A stretch of 64,000 bases of DNA from Pseudomonas aeruginosa PAO1 (GTDB lineage Bacteria > Pseudomonadota > Gammaproteobacteria > Pseudomonadales > Pseudomonadaceae), in assembly GCF_000006765.1 (NCBI RefSeq), contig NC_002516.2; one strand, written 5' to 3'. The notes below the pieces were generated by a model. That model did not search any database and had not been told where the DNA came from. It was given only the letters and a program-made list of their open reading frames with translations. Positions 11,113-21,616 of this stretch are shown here, piece after piece. Position 1 is the stretch's first letter. Every line of letters begins with the position of its first letter. The translations under genes were made by a program, and so were the position numbers.

Positions 11113-11808
11113 ATGACCCACAGCGTTTCTCCCATCGGCTACATCCGCTCCTGCTTCATGGAGAAGTTCGCCATCCCGCGCCAGCCGCTGCTCGCGCCGG
11201 CGGCGCGGGGGACCCTGGAACTGCTGCCGCCGTTCGACCAGGTGGAAGCGCTGGAAGGCCTGGAGCAGGTCAGCCATGTCTGGCTGCTGTTCCTCTTCCA
11301 CCAGGCCCTGGAAGACAAGCCGCGACTGAAGGTGCGCCCGCCGCGCCTGGGCGGCAACCGCTCGCTGGGAGTCTTCGCCACCCGCGCCACCCATCGGCCG
11401 AACGGCATCGGCCAGTCGGTGGTGCGCCTGGAGGGCTTCGAAGCGGGGCGCCTGTGGCTGTCCGGAATCGACCTGCTCGACGGCACCCCGGTACTCGATA
11501 TCAAGCCCTACGTACCCTACGCCGACGCCGTGGCCGACGCCCGCAACGGCATCGCCGACGCGCCGCCGCCGGGCATCGCCGTGGAGTGGAGCGAGCAGGC
11601 GCGGCGCCAGGCCCATGAGCACGGCCAGCGGTTGCGGCAGCCGGTGGCCGAGCTGATCGAGCAATGCCTGGCGCAGGACCCACGCCCGGCCTACCAGAAG
11701 CCAGAGCCCGGGCGCCGCTACGGGGTGCGCCTGTGGGACCTCGACGTGCATTGGCACTACCCGCGCCCGGACCTGATCCGCGTGCTGGACGTCGCCGGCG
11801 GCGATTGA
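11113..11808 (+). CDS. tsaA: tRNA m6t6A37 methyltransferase TrmO (TsaA/YaeB)
   Basis: 231 aa; KFAIPRQP, GVFATRATHRPNGIG, DLLDGTPVLDIKPY. Confidence 0.88.
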   Translation: MTHSVSPIGYIRSCFMEKFAIPRQPLLAPAARGTLELLPPFDQVEALEGLEQVSHVWLLFLFHQALEDKPRLKVRPPRLGGNRSLGVFATRATHRPNGIGQSVVRLEGFEAGRLWLSGIDLLDGTPVLDIKPYVPYADAVADARNGIADAPPPGIAVEWSEQARRQAHEHGQRLRQPVAELIEQCLAQDPRPAYQKPEPGRRYGVRLWDLDVHWHYPRPDLIRVLDVAGGD

Positions 11809-11814
11809 GCCTTC

Positions 11815-12117
11815 TCAGCGCAGCGGATTGAGCGCCAGCGCGTCGCTTTCGAAGACTTCCTGTTCGAGGATCAGCGGCTCGACCAACGGTCGGCTGTCGC
11901 GGAAATGCGCGGTGCGGGTGTGCGCCTCGTAGGCTGCGTCATCGCGATAGACCTCGTAGAGATAGACCAGGTCAGGGTCCTGTCGGTCGCGGGAAACGTC
12001 GAACACCAGGCAGCCGGGCTCGGTGGACACGGAAGCGGCGGCGTTGACCTGGATGGCATCGATGAAAGCCTCGGCGCAGCCGGGCCTGAGGCGGGCCTTG
12101 ATAAAGATGCAGTACAC
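11815..12117 (-). CDS. ABM-superfamily protein (quinol monooxygenase/LsrG-like)
   Basis: GTG start at 12117 after AAAGGAAG; 100 aa; EPGCLVFDV, YEVYRDDAAYEAH...HF. Confidence 0.8.
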   Translation of the reverse strand: MYCIFIKARLRPGCAEAFIDAIQVNAAASVSTEPGCLVFDVSRDRQDPDLVYLYEVYRDDAAYEAHTRTAHFRDSRPLVEPLILEQEVFESDALALNPLR

Positions 12118-12151
12118 GGAAACTTCCTTTTGTTTTAGATTTACAAAATTA

Positions 12152-12161
12152 TTGTATACAA
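12152..12161. promoter_or_regulatory. Palindromic operator candidate TTGTATACAA
   Basis: Perfect 10-bp palindrome in an AT-rich 60-bp divergent intergenic gap. Confidence 0.55.
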
Positions 12162-12177
12162 AAAAGGAAGCAAACCC

Positions 12178-12591
12178 ATGTCCGACCGCCCTGCCCGCCC
12201 CTCCCGCCTCAACGGCCTGCGTCACCTCGCCCTGCTGGTGCCCAACCTGGAAGAATGCGAGCGCTTCTATGTCGACGTGCTGGGCATGGAAGTGCTGAAC
12301 CGCGCCAACGAAGACCTGGTGTATCTCACCTGCGGCAACGACAACCTTTCCCTCGGCCGCGCCCACGCTGCCAGCAACGGCCTGCAGACCATGGATCACT
12401 ACGGCTTCGTCGTCGACAGCGTGGAGGAACTGGAGGCCTGGTACCGTTACCTGAAGGCGCTGGGCGTGACCCTGCTCGACCAACCCTTCGACCACGGCGA
12501 CGGCGCGCGCAGCTTCCACCTGCTCGACCCGGCGGGCAACAAGGTGCAGCCGCTGTACCATCCAGCGGTATCCGGGCAACGCCTGGCCTGA
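12178..12591 (+). CDS. VOC/glyoxalase-family protein
   Basis: 137 aa; LRHLALLV, MDHYGFVV, FHLLDPAGNKV beta-alpha-beta-beta-beta motifs. Confidence 0.85.
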   Translation: MSDRPARPSRLNGLRHLALLVPNLEECERFYVDVLGMEVLNRANEDLVYLTCGNDNLSLGRAHAASNGLQTMDHYGFVVDSVEELEAWYRYLKALGVTLLDQPFDHGDGARSFHLLDPAGNKVQPLYHPAVSGQRLA

Positions 12592-12608
12592 GCCTCGGGC
12601 AGCCCTCT

Positions 12609-12632
12609 CCCCTCTCCCTGAAGGGAGAGGGG
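12609..12632. repeat. CCCCTCTCCC/GGGAGAGGGG inverted repeat
   Basis: Perfect 10-bp stem, TGAA loop, 17 nt after the VOC stop codon. Confidence 0.55.
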
Positions 12633-12684
12633 CGACTCGGTACACTGAGTGCCAGCAACCTCGCTGGCTCCTCATCTCCACTTC

Positions 12685-12698
12685 TTGACTTTCATCAA
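12685..12698. promoter_or_regulatory. Anr/Dnr (FNR-type) box of nosR promoter
   Basis: TTGAC-TTTC-ATCAA vs consensus TTGAT-N4-ATCAA, ~120 bp upstream of nosR. Confidence 0.85.
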
Positions 12699-12818
12699 GC
12701 GCGTTCCGCCCCCGCACCTCCTAGCATCCGGCAACGGAAGCGATTCCACCGCCAGGCGCAGACCCCACCGCAGCGCGGCGTCCCTTTTTTCGCCGGTAGC
12801 CAGTAGTAGATGGAACCT

Positions 12819-14966
12819 ATGCGCGCCCTTCGTTTTTCCGCCGGATCGTGGCGGTGTGTCTTCGCCTGGATGCTCCTGCTGGTCGGCCTCGCCGCCCAGG
12901 GTGCCGAACTCAGCGAGTTGGAGCGTCTGCGCATCGCCCAGGTATTCCCCGCGGTCGAGCGGATCGGCGACCCCGAAGGCGACTACGGCGTACGCCGCCT
13001 GAGCAAGGGCGAGGAAACCCTCGGCTACGCCTTCCAGACCCTCAGCGTCACCGACATCCCGGCCTACTCCGGCAAGCCGATCAACCTGCAGGTGATCCTC
13101 GATCCGCAGGCGGTTATCCGCGACGCCTACGTCCTCGAACACCACGAACCGATCCTGCTGATCGGCATCCCGGAAGAGAAGCTGCACGCCTTCAGCGCCA
13201 GGTACGACGGCGTGCGCGCCGACCAGCGGGTGGTGGTCGGCCGCTCCAGCGACCCGCAGGCGGTTACCGTCGACGCGGTGAGCGGCGCCACGGTGACGGT
13301 GATGGTGGTCAACGAGATCGTCATGCGCGCCGCGCATACGGTGGCGGTTGCCCTCGGCCTGATCGAGGACCGCGGCAATGTGCGGCCCAAGCCGGCGCAG
13401 GTGCGCCAGCAGCCGGCAGCGACGGCGAGCTGGAGCGAATTGCTCGGCAACGGCGCGATCCGCCGCCTGCAGTTGAGTCGTGGGCAGATCGACGACGCCT
13501 TCAAGGGCAGCGAGGCCGAAGGCATCGGCGAGGCCGACGCGGCGCACCGCGACGAGCCGTTCATCGATCTCTACAGCGCCCTGCTCAACCCTCCCGCGGT
13601 GGGCCGCAGCCTGCTCGGCGACAACCAGTACCGCGAACTGATGGCGTCGCTGAAGCCAGGCGAATACGCCTTCGTCGTGCTCGGCGACGGCGAGTATTCC
13701 TTCAAGGGTTCCGGCTACGTGCGCGGTGGCATCTTCGATCGGGTCCAACTGCGCCAGTTCGGCGACATCATCAGCTTCCGCGACCTCGACTACCAGCGCC
13801 TGTCGGACGTCTACGCCGAAGGCATGCCGGAGTTCCGCGAGATGGCGATCTTCGTCGCCCGCGCCAGCCAGCGTTTCGATCCGGGCTCGCCCTGGACCCT
13901 GGAGTTGCTCGTGCGGCGCCAGACCGGCCCGGTGGCGGGGGTATTCACCAGCTTCGAGCTGGCCTGCCAGACGCCCGAGGAATACCTGGAGCGGCCGCAG
14001 CCAACGGCCGAGGAACTGGCCGCCCTGGAAGAGGCTGCCCGGCCGCTGTGGCTGCGGGTCTGGTACCAGAAGAGTTTCCAGGTCGGGGTCCTCTGTACCG
14101 CCCTCGTCCTGCTCCTGGCGATCCTCTTCCTCCAGGACCGCCTGGTGCGACGGCCGCGCCTGATGCAGCGACTGCGCACCGGCTACCTGGCGTTCACCCT
14201 GGTCTACCTGGGCTGGTACAGCCTCGGCCAGCTATCGGTGGTCAACGTGCTGACCTTCGTCCACGCGCTGTTCGAAGGCTTCCGCTGGGAGCTGTTCCTC
14301 AGCGACCCGCTGCTGTTCATCCTCTGGACCTTCACCGCAGCCAGCCTGCTGCTCTGGGGCCGCGGCGTGTTCTGCGGCTGGCTGTGCCCGTTCGGTGCGC
14401 TACAGGAACTGCTCAACGAACTCGCGCGCAAGCTCCGCGTGCCGCAGTTCCAGGTGCCGTTCGCCGTGCACGAGCGGCTCTGGGCGATCAAGTACATCAT
14501 CCTGCTGGTGCTCTTCGGTCTCTCCCTGGAATCCCTGGCGCTGGCCGAGCAGGCCGCGGAGGTGGAGCCGTTCAAGACCGCCATCACCCTCGGCTTCGAC
14601 CGCCAGTGGTGGTTCGTCGCCTACGCCGTCGCGCTGCTGGTGGTCAACCTGTTCACCCGCAAGGTCTATTGCCGCTACCTCTGCCCGCTGGGCGCGGCCC
14701 TGGCGATCCCGGCCAAGGCGCGCCTGTTCGACTGGCTCAAGCGCCGTGCGGAATGCGGCAGGCCCTGCCAGCTCTGTGCCCGCGAATGCGAGATCCAGGC
14801 GATCCATCCCGACGGCCGCATCGAGGCCAACGAATGCCACTACTGCCTCGACTGCCAGATGACCTACCACGACCAGGACAAGTGCCCGCCGCTGGTGAAC
14901 AAGCGCAAGAAGCGCGCGAAGAGCGCGCCGGCGGACAACGCGCGGATACCCGCGGAGAACCTCTGA
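12819..14966 (+). CDS. nosR: NosR membrane flavin/Fe-S protein
   Basis: 715 aa from second ATG; FMN-binding DAVSGAT, CGWLCPFG, CRYLCPLG, C-terminal ferredoxin Cys clusters. Confidence 0.95.
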   Translation: MRALRFSAGSWRCVFAWMLLLVGLAAQGAELSELERLRIAQVFPAVERIGDPEGDYGVRRLSKGEETLGYAFQTLSVTDIPAYSGKPINLQVILDPQAVIRDAYVLEHHEPILLIGIPEEKLHAFSARYDGVRADQRVVVGRSSDPQAVTVDAVSGATVTVMVVNEIVMRAAHTVAVALGLIEDRGNVRPKPAQVRQQPAATASWSELLGNGAIRRLQLSRGQIDDAFKGSEAEGIGEADAAHRDEPFIDLYSALLNPPAVGRSLLGDNQYRELMASLKPGEYAFVVLGDGEYSFKGSGYVRGGIFDRVQLRQFGDIISFRDLDYQRLSDVYAEGMPEFREMAIFVARASQRFDPGSPWTLELLVRRQTGPVAGVFTSFELACQTPEEYLERPQPTAEELAALEEAARPLWLRVWYQKSFQVGVLCTALVLLLAILFLQDRLVRRPRLMQRLRTGYLAFTLVYLGWYSLGQLSVVNVLTFVHALFEGFRWELFLSDPLLFILWTFTAASLLLWGRGVFCGWLCPFGALQELLNELARKLRVPQFQVPFAVHERLWAIKYIILLVLFGLSLESLALAEQAAEVEPFKTAITLGFDRQWWFVAYAVALLVVNLFTRKVYCRYLCPLGAALAIPAKARLFDWLKRRAECGRPCQLCARECEIQAIHPDGRIEANECHYCLDCQMTYHDQDKCPPLVNKRKKRAKSAPADNARIPAENL

Positions 14967-15008
14967 CCTGGCTCCCTTTCCCCTGACTGCCCTTGAGGAC
15001 GACACGAG

Positions 15009-16919
15009 ATGAGCGACGACACGAAAAGCCCCCACGAAGAAACCCACGGCCTGAACCGCCGCGGCTTCCTCGGCGCCTCGGCGCTGACCGGAGCCGCCGC
15101 CCTGGTTGGCGCCAGCGCCCTGGGCAGCGCGGTGGTCGGCCGCGAGGCCCGGGCCGCGGGCAAGGGCGAGCGCAGCAAGGCCGAGGTCGCCCCCGGCGAA
15201 CTGGATGAGTACTACGGGTTCTGGAGCGGCGGACATTCCGGCGAAGTACGCGTGCTCGGCGTGCCGTCGATGCGCGAGCTGATGCGCATACCGGTGTTCA
15301 ACGTCGACTCGGCCACCGGCTGGGGCCTGACCAACGAGAGCAAGCGGGTCCTCGGCGACAGCGCGCGCTTCCTCAACGGCGACTGCCACCATCCGCACAT
15401 CTCGATGACCGACGGCAAGTACGACGGCAAGTACCTGTTCATCAACGACAAGGCCAACAGCCGGGTCGCGCGCATCCGCCTGGACGTCATGAAATGCGAC
15501 CGCATCGTCACCATTCCCAACGTCCAGGCGATCCACGGCCTGCGCCTGCAAAAGGTGCCGCATACCCGCTACGTGTTCTGCAACGCCGAGTTCATCATCC
15601 CCCATCCCAACGACGGCTCGACCTTCGACCTGTCCGGCGACAACGCCTTCACCCTGTACAACGCCATCGACGCCGAGACCATGGAAGTGGCCTGGCAGGT
15701 GATCGTCGACGGCAACCTCGACAACACCGACATGGACTACAGCGGCAGGTTCGCCGCCTCCACCTGCTACAACTCGGAGAAGGCCGTCGACCTCGGCGGC
15801 ATGATGCGCAACGAGCGCGACTGGGTGGTGGTGTTCGACATCCCGCGCATCGAGGCCGAGATCAAGGCGAAGCGCTTCGTCACCCTCGGCGACTCGAAGG
15901 TGCCGGTGGTCGACGGCCGGCGCAAGGACGGCAAGGACAGCCCGGTGACCCGCTACATCCCGGTACCGAAGAACCCCCACGGGCTGAACACCTCGCCGGA
16001 CGGCAAGTACTTCATCGCCAACGGCAAGCTCTCGCCGACCTGCACCATGATCGCCATCGAGCGCCTCGGCGACCTGTTCGCCGGCAAGCTGGCCGACCCG
16101 CGCGACGTGGTGGTGGGCGAGCCGGAACTGGGCCTCGGCCCGCTGCACACCACTTTCGATGGCCGAGGCAACGCCTATACCACGCTGTTCATCGACAGCC
16201 AGTTGGTGAAGTGGAACCTGGCCGACGCGGTGCGCGCCTACAAGGGCGAGAAGGTCGACTACATCCGCCAGAAACTCGACGTGCAGTACCAGCCGGGGCA
16301 CAACCACGCCACCCTGTGCGAGACCAGCGAAGCCGACGGCAAGTGGATCGTGGTGCTCAGCAAGTTCTCCAAGGACCGCTTCCTGCCCACCGGTCCGCTG
16401 CACCCGGAGAACGACCAGTTGATCGACATTTCCGGCGAGGAAATGAAGCTGGTCCACGACGGCCCGACCTTCGCCGAACCGCACGATTGCATCCTCGCCC
16501 GCCGCGACCAGATCAAGACCCGCAAGATCTGGGACCGCAAGGACCCGTTCTTCGCCGAGACGGTCAAGCGCGCGGAAAAGGACGGCATCGACCTGATGAA
16601 GGACAACAAGGTCATCCGCGAGGGCAACAAGGTCCGCGTCTACATGGTCTCGATGGCGCCCTCCTTCGGCCTCACCGAGTTCAAGGTGAAGCAGGGCGAC
16701 GAAGTCACCGTGACCATCACCAACCTCGACGAGATCGAGGACGTGACCCACGGCTTCGTCATGGTCAACCACGGCGTCTGCATGGAGATCAGCCCGCAAC
16801 AGACCTCGTCGATCACCTTCGTCGCCGATAAGCCCGGGGTGCACTGGTACTACTGCAGCTGGTTCTGCCACGCCCTGCACATGGAAATGTGCGGGCGGAT
16901 GCTGGTGGAAAAGGCTTGA
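15009..16919 (+). CDS. nosZ: Nitrous oxide reductase (clade I, Tat-exported)
   Basis: 636 aa; NRRGFLG Tat motif, DCHHPH, Cu[13 protein letters not shown]. Confidence 0.98.
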
Positions 16920-18202
16920 TCCACGCAGCGCGGTCGCTGGCCGGGAGCCGGGCGGGGCCGCTCCTCGCCCTGCTCCTGCTCGGCCTCGCCACGGCCCGCG
17001 CGGAGCCGGTCGACGGCCTGCCGCTGCGGGCCGACGGCGATGGCCGCTGGAGCCTGGCGGCGGGCCGCTACGCCGGCAACTTCGTCATCGACCGGCCGCT
17101 GCACCTACGCTGCGAGGCCGGCGCCGAACTGGACGGCGGCGGCCACGGCAGTCTGCTGACCCTGACCAGCCCCGGGATCACCGTCGAGGGCTGCCGGCTG
17201 CGCAACTGGGGGCGCAACCTGACCGAACTCGACGCCGCGATCTTCGTCGGCAAGGCCGCCAGCGGCGCCGTGATCCGCGGCAACGACCTGCGCGGCGCGG
17301 GATTCGGCGTCTGGCTCGACGCCACGGTGGGCGCGCAGGTGCTCGACAACCGCATCGAGGGCGACGAAAGCGTGCGCTCCCAGGATCGCGGCAACGGTAT
17401 CCACCTCTATGCGGTGAAGGACGCTCTGGTCCGCGGCAACCGGGTCAGCCACACCCGCGACGGGGTCTACATCGACACTTCCAACGACAGCAGCATCGAA
17501 GCCAACCGCTTCGAGGAGCTGCGCTACGGCGTGCACTACATGTTCACCCACAACAGCCGGGTGACCGACAACCTGACCCGGCGCACCCGCACCGGCTACG
17601 CGCTGATGCAGAGCCGCAAGCTGACCGTGACCGGCAACCGCTCCATCGACGACGAGAACTACGGCATCCTGATGAACTACATCACCTACTCGACCCTGGC
17701 CGGCAACCGCGTCGAGGGCGTGCGCAGCGGCAGCACCGGCGACGCGATGATTTCCGGCGCCGAGGGCAAGGCGCTGTTCATCTACAACTCGCTGTTCAAC
17801 CGCATCGAAGGCAACAGCTTCGCCGACAGCGCCCTGGGCATCCACCTCACCGCCGGCTCGGAGGACAATCGCATCGCCGGCAACGCCTTCATAGGCAACC
17901 GCCAGCAGGTCAAGTACGTCGCCAGCCGCGAGCAGGAGTGGTCCGCCGACGGCCGCGGCAACTACTGGAGCGACTACCTGGGCTGGGACCGCGACGACGA
18001 CGGTCTCGGCGACGTCGCCTACGAGCCCAACGACAACGTCGACCGGCTGATCTGGCTGTACCCGCAGGTACGCCTGCTGTTGAACAGCCCGAGCATCGAG
18101 CTGCTGCGCTGGGTCCAGCGCGCCTTCCCGGTGGTGCGCTCGCCCGGCGTGCGCGACAGCCATCCGCTGATGCGGATGCCCGCCGCGGAGCCGAGGCCGT
18201 GA
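16916..18202 (+). CDS. nosD: NosD periplasmic maturation protein
   Basis: TTG start overlapping nosZ TGA (428 aa); beta-helix repeats, GNYWSDY. Confidence 0.92.
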   Translation: MIHAARSLAGSRAGPLLALLLLGLATARAEPVDGLPLRADGDGRWSLAAGRYAGNFVIDRPLHLRCEAGAELDGGGHGSLLTLTSPGITVEGCRLRNWGRNLTELDAAIFVGKAASGAVIRGNDLRGAGFGVWLDATVGAQVLDNRIEGDESVRSQDRGNGIHLYAVKDALVRGNRVSHTRDGVYIDTSNDSSIEANRFEELRYGVHYMFTHNSRVTDNLTRRTRTGYALMQSRKLTVTGNRSIDDENYGILMNYITYSTLAGNRVEGVRSGSTGDAMISGAEGKALFIYNSLFNRIEGNSFADSALGIHLTAGSEDNRIAGNAFIGNRQQVKYVASREQEWSADGRGNYWSDYLGWDRDDDGLGDVAYEPNDNVDRLIWLYPQVRLLLNSPSIELLRWVQRAFPVVRSPGVRDSHPLMRMPAAEPRP

Positions 18203-19113
18203 GCCTGGTCGAGATCGACGGCGCGACCCTGCGCTACGGCGCCCTCACCGCCCTGAGCGGGCTCGACCTGCGCCTGGAGCCCGGCGAGGTGCTCGGCCTG
18301 CTCGGCCACAACGGCGCCGGCAAGACCACCACCATCAAGCTGGTCCTCGGCCTGCTGGCCCCCAGCGAAGGCCGCGTGCGGGTCCTCGGCCACGATGCGA
18401 GGAGCCTGGAGGCGCGCCGCCAGCTCGGCTACCTGCCGGAGAACGTGACCTTCTACCCGCAGCTCAGCGGCGCGGAAACCCTGCGCCACTTCGCCCGCCT
18501 CAAGGGCGTGGCGCCGGCCGAAGCCGCGCGCCTGCTGGAACAGGTCGGCCTCGGCCATGCAGCCAGGCGGCGCCTGAAAACCTACTCGAAGGGCATGCGC
18601 CAGCGCCTCGGCCTGGCCCAGGCGCTGCTCGGCGAACCGCGCCTGCTGCTGCTCGACGAACCGACGGTGGGCCTCGACCCGCTGGCCACCGTCGAGCTCT
18701 ACCAATTGCTCGACCGCCTGCGCGGCCAGGGCACCGGGATCGTCCTTTGCTCCCATGTGCTGCCCGGCGTCGAGACGCACATCGACCGCGCCGCGATTCT
18801 CGCCGGCGGCCGCCTGCAAGTGGCCGGCAGCCTCGCCGAATTGCGCCGCAAGGCGGCTCTGCCGACCCGCGTGCGCCTGGCCAGCCCGCATAACCCGCAG
18901 TGGCTCGAACGCTGGCACCGGGCCGGCCTGGCGGCGCGGAGACTGGACGACCAGCGCATCGAGGTACTGCTGGACGATGCCGAGCGCGACGGCGTGCTGG
19001 AAGCGCTGCTGGCCGCGCGCGAGTTCGACCTGGAAATCCTGCCGCCGTCGCTGGAGGACCTCTATCGCCACCACATGTCCCCCGCCCCCGCCGGAGCCAC
19101 GCCATGCCCGTAG
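18199..19113 (+). CDS. nosF: NosF ABC ATPase
   Basis: GTG start at 18199 (304 aa); [21 protein letters not shown]. Confidence 0.92.
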   Translation: MSLVEIDGATLRYGALTALSGLDLRLEPGEVLGLLGHNGAGKTTTIKLVLGLLAPSEGRVRVLGHDARSLEARRQLGYLPENVTFYPQLSGAETLRHFARLKGVAPAEAARLLEQVGLGHAARRRLKTYSKGMRQRLGLAQALLGEPRLLLLDEPTVGLDPLATVELYQLLDRLRGQGTGIVLCSHVLPGVETHIDRAAILAGGRLQVAGSLAELRRKAALPTRVRLASPHNPQWLERWHRAGLAARRLDDQRIEVLLDDAERDGVLEALLAAREFDLEILPPSLEDLYRHHMSPAPAGATPCP

Positions 19114-19931
19114 TCTGGACCATCGCCCGCAAGGAACTGGCCGACGGCCTGCGCAATCGCTGGCTGCTGGCGATCAGCCTGCTGTTCGCCCTGCTCTCGG
19201 TGGGCATCGCCTGGTTCGGCGCCGCCGCGGCCGGCCAGGTCGGCTTCACCTCGGTGCCGGCGACGGTCGCCAGCCTGACCAGCCTGGCCACCTTCCTGAT
19301 GCCGCTGATCGCCCTGCTGCTGGCCTACGACGCCATCGTCGGCGAGGAGGAAGGCGGCACCCTGCTGCTGCTCCTGACCTACCCGCTGGGGCGCGGCCAG
19401 TTGCTGCTCGGCAAGTTCCTCGGTCACGGCCTGATCCTCGCCCTGGCCACCCTGATCGGCTTCGGCAGCGCGGCGCTGGCGATCCTCGCGCTGGTGCCGG
19501 AGGTCGAGGCGGCCATCCTGCTGGGCGCCTTCGGCCGCTTCATGGGTTCCTCGCTGCTGCTCGGCTGCGTGTTCCTCGCCCTGGCCTACGCCCTGAGCAG
19601 CCGCGCCAGCGAGAAATCCAGCGCCGCCGGGCAGGCGCTCGGCCTGTGGTTCTTCTTCGTCCTGCTGTTCGACCTGGCCCTGCTGGCGATCCTGGTCCTC
19701 AGCCAGGGTCACCTGAGCCCGCGGCTGCTGCCCTGGCTGTTGCTGCTCAACCCGACCGACCTCTACCGGCTGATCAACCTGTCCGGCTTCGACGCAGCCG
19801 CCGCCGGCGGGGTGGTTCCCCTGGCCAGCGACCTGCCGGTGTCCGCCAGCGCCCTCTGGCTGGCCCTGGCCCTCTGGGCCGGCGCTGCCCTGGCGCTGGC
19901 CCACGGCCTGTTCCGCCGCCGCCCCATCTGA
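19104..19931 (+). CDS. nosY: NosY ABC permease
   Basis: ATG 19104 (275 aa); [26 protein letters not shown]. Confidence 0.92.
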   Translation: MPVVWTIARKELADGLRNRWLLAISLLFALLSVGIAWFGAAAAGQVGFTSVPATVASLTSLATFLMPLIALLLAYDAIVGEEEGGTLLLLLTYPLGRGQLLLGKFLGHGLILALATLIGFGSAALAILALVPEVEAAILLGAFGRFMGSSLLLGCVFLALAYALSSRASEKSSAAGQALGLWFFFVLLFDLALLAILVLSQGHLSPRLLPWLLLLNPTDLYRLINLSGFDAAAAGGVVPLASDLPVSASALWLALALWAGAALALAHGLFRRRPI

Positions 19932-19947
19932 CTCACGAGGTTCCGCC

Positions 19948-20484
19948 ATGCAACGTCATACCCTCCCCCTGCGCCCTCTGCTCGGCACGCTCCTGCTCGG
20001 CCTGCTGCTGGCCGGCTGCGATGCGTCGCGGGACGACGCCACGGCACTCGGCCCGGTGCCGATCGCCAGCGGCGACGAATGCCACGTCTGCGGCATGCTC
20101 ATCGAGGAAATGCCCGGTCCCAAGGGCGAGTCGGTGCTTCCCGGCGCGGTGCGCAAGTTCTGCTCCACCGCCGAACTGTTCGGCTGGTGGCTGCAACCGG
20201 AAAACCGCCAGGGCCAGGCGCGCCTGTATGTCCACGACATGAGCCAGGCCGACTGGCGGCACCCCGACGACGCCCGCCTGATCGACGCCACCCGCGCCTA
20301 CTACGTGGTCGGCATCCAGCGGCCGGGCGGCATGGGCGCCACCCTCGCCTCGTTCGCCGACGAAGAGGCCGCGACGCGCCTGGCGGCCGAGGAAGGCGGC
20401 CGGGTACTGCGCTTCGACGAGATCGACCAGGCGGTGCTGCAAGGCGTGGGCGGCGACCACCCGCACCGGCACCCGGCGCACTGA
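19948..20484 (+). CDS. nosL: NosL copper-chaperone lipoprotein
   Basis: 178 aa; lipobox LLAGC, CHVCGM, GPKG, MG motif. Confidence 0.93.
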   Translation: MQRHTLPLRPLLGTLLLGLLLAGCDASRDDATALGPVPIASGDECHVCGMLIEEMPGPKGESVLPGAVRKFCSTAELFGWWLQPENRQGQARLYVHDMSQADWRHPDDARLIDATRAYYVVGIQRPGGMGATLASFADEEAATRLAAEEGGRVLRFDEIDQAVLQGVGGDHPHRHPAH

Positions 20485-20500
20485 GCGTGGGCCGGAAAGC

Positions 20501-20536
20501 AGAAAGCCCCTGCCGCGGATACGGCAGGGGCTTTCT
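20501..20536. terminator. Bidirectional intrinsic terminator between nosL and fpr
   Basis: AGAAAGCCCCTGCCG-CGGATA-CGGCAGGGGCTTTCT, 15-bp perfect stem between convergent genes. Confidence 0.8.
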
Positions 20537-20566
20537 TCGCCTGGCGCGACGAGGCGCGGCGGAGGC

Positions 20567-21343
20567 CTACTTCTCGACGAAGGCGCGCTCGATCAGGTAG
20601 TCGCCCGGCTCGCCCATGCGCGGCGAGATCTTCAGGCCGAAGCTGTCGAGCACGGCGCTGGTCTCTTCCAGCATGCTCGGGCTGCCGCAGATCATCGCAC
20701 GGTCGTCCTGCGGATTCATCGGCGGCAGGCCGATGTCCTCGAACAGCTTGCCGCTGCGCATCAGGTCGGTCTGGCGGCCCTGGTTGCGGAACGGCTCGCG
20801 GGTCACCAGCGGGTAGTAGATCAGCTTCTCTTTCACCTGGTCGCCGAAGTACTCGTGTTCCGGCAGGACCTTGGTGATGAAGTCGGCGTAGGCCAGTTCG
20901 CTGACCCAGCGCACGCCGTGGACCAGGATCACCTTCTCGTAGCGCTCGTAGGTTTCCGGGTCCTGGATCACGCTGAGGAAGGGCGCCATGCCGGTGCCGG
21001 TGCTGAGCAGGTAGAGGTGCTTGCCGGGCAGCAGGTCGTCGTGCACCAGGGTGCCGGTCGGCTTGCGGCTGACCATCAGCTCGTCGCCTTCCTTCAGGTG
21101 CTGCAGGCGCGAGGTCAGCGGGCCGTCCGGGACCTTGATGCTGAAGAACTCCAGGTGCTCTTCGTAGTTCGGGCTGGCAATGCTGTAGGCGCGCATCAGC
21201 GGGCGACCGTCGACTTCCAGGCCGATCATCACGAACTGGCCGGTCTTGAAGCGCAGACCCGGGTTGCGGGTGGTCTTGAAGCTGAACAGGGTGTCGTTCC
21301 AGTGGTGCACGCTGAGAACGCGCTCGGTGTACAGATTGCTCAT
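20567..21343 (-). CDS. fpr: Ferredoxin-NADP+ reductase (FprA)
   Basis: 258 aa; RAYSIAS FAD motif, STGTGMAP, MICGSP, C-terminal AFVEK. Confidence 0.96.
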   Translation of the reverse strand: MSNLYTERVLSVHHWNDTLFSFKTTRNPGLRFKTGQFVMIGLEVDGRPLMRAYSIASPNYEEHLEFFSIKVPDGPLTSRLQHLKEGDELMVSRKPTGTLVHDDLLPGKHLYLLSTGTGMAPFLSVIQDPETYERYEKVILVHGVRWVSELAYADFITKVLPEHEYFGDQVKEKLIYYPLVTREPFRNQGRQTDLMRSGKLFEDIGLPPMNPQDDRAMICGSPSMLEETSAVLDSFGLKISPRMGEPGDYLIERAFVEK

Positions 21344-21456
21344 CAAAGACTCCTAGGAAAACGCGGGCGCACACCAACAGCAGCAGACGTGACGCAGTTG
21401 CGCGGCATTTTATCGGTTGCCAAAATATCCGCAAAATGAATTGTCTGGATAATGCT

Positions 21457-21473
21457 TATCCAGAATATGGATA
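21457..21473. promoter_or_regulatory. LysR-type (FinR) operator
   Basis: TATCCA-GAATA-TGGATA palindrome containing T-N11-A in the fpr/finR divergent gap. Confidence 0.75.
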
Positions 21474-21616
21474 TGGGATAACACGATATCGGTCGGCCGC
21501 CGGCCGCCGAGGGCTCCCATCGCTCCCGCGGACGGGGCGCAAGGATAACCGAGCCAACCCCGCCGACGGAACGGCAAAATGTCGCGGGGCCTTTCGCTCT
21601 AGACGAGGAAGCCTGG

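Noticed and set aside
14400-16880. Long antisense ORFs (826 aa here; also 32604-35243, 30118-32082, 45171-47393 and others)
   Set aside because: Shadow frames opposite well-supported genes, expected from high-GC codon bias; Arg/Ala/Gly-rich with no motifs.
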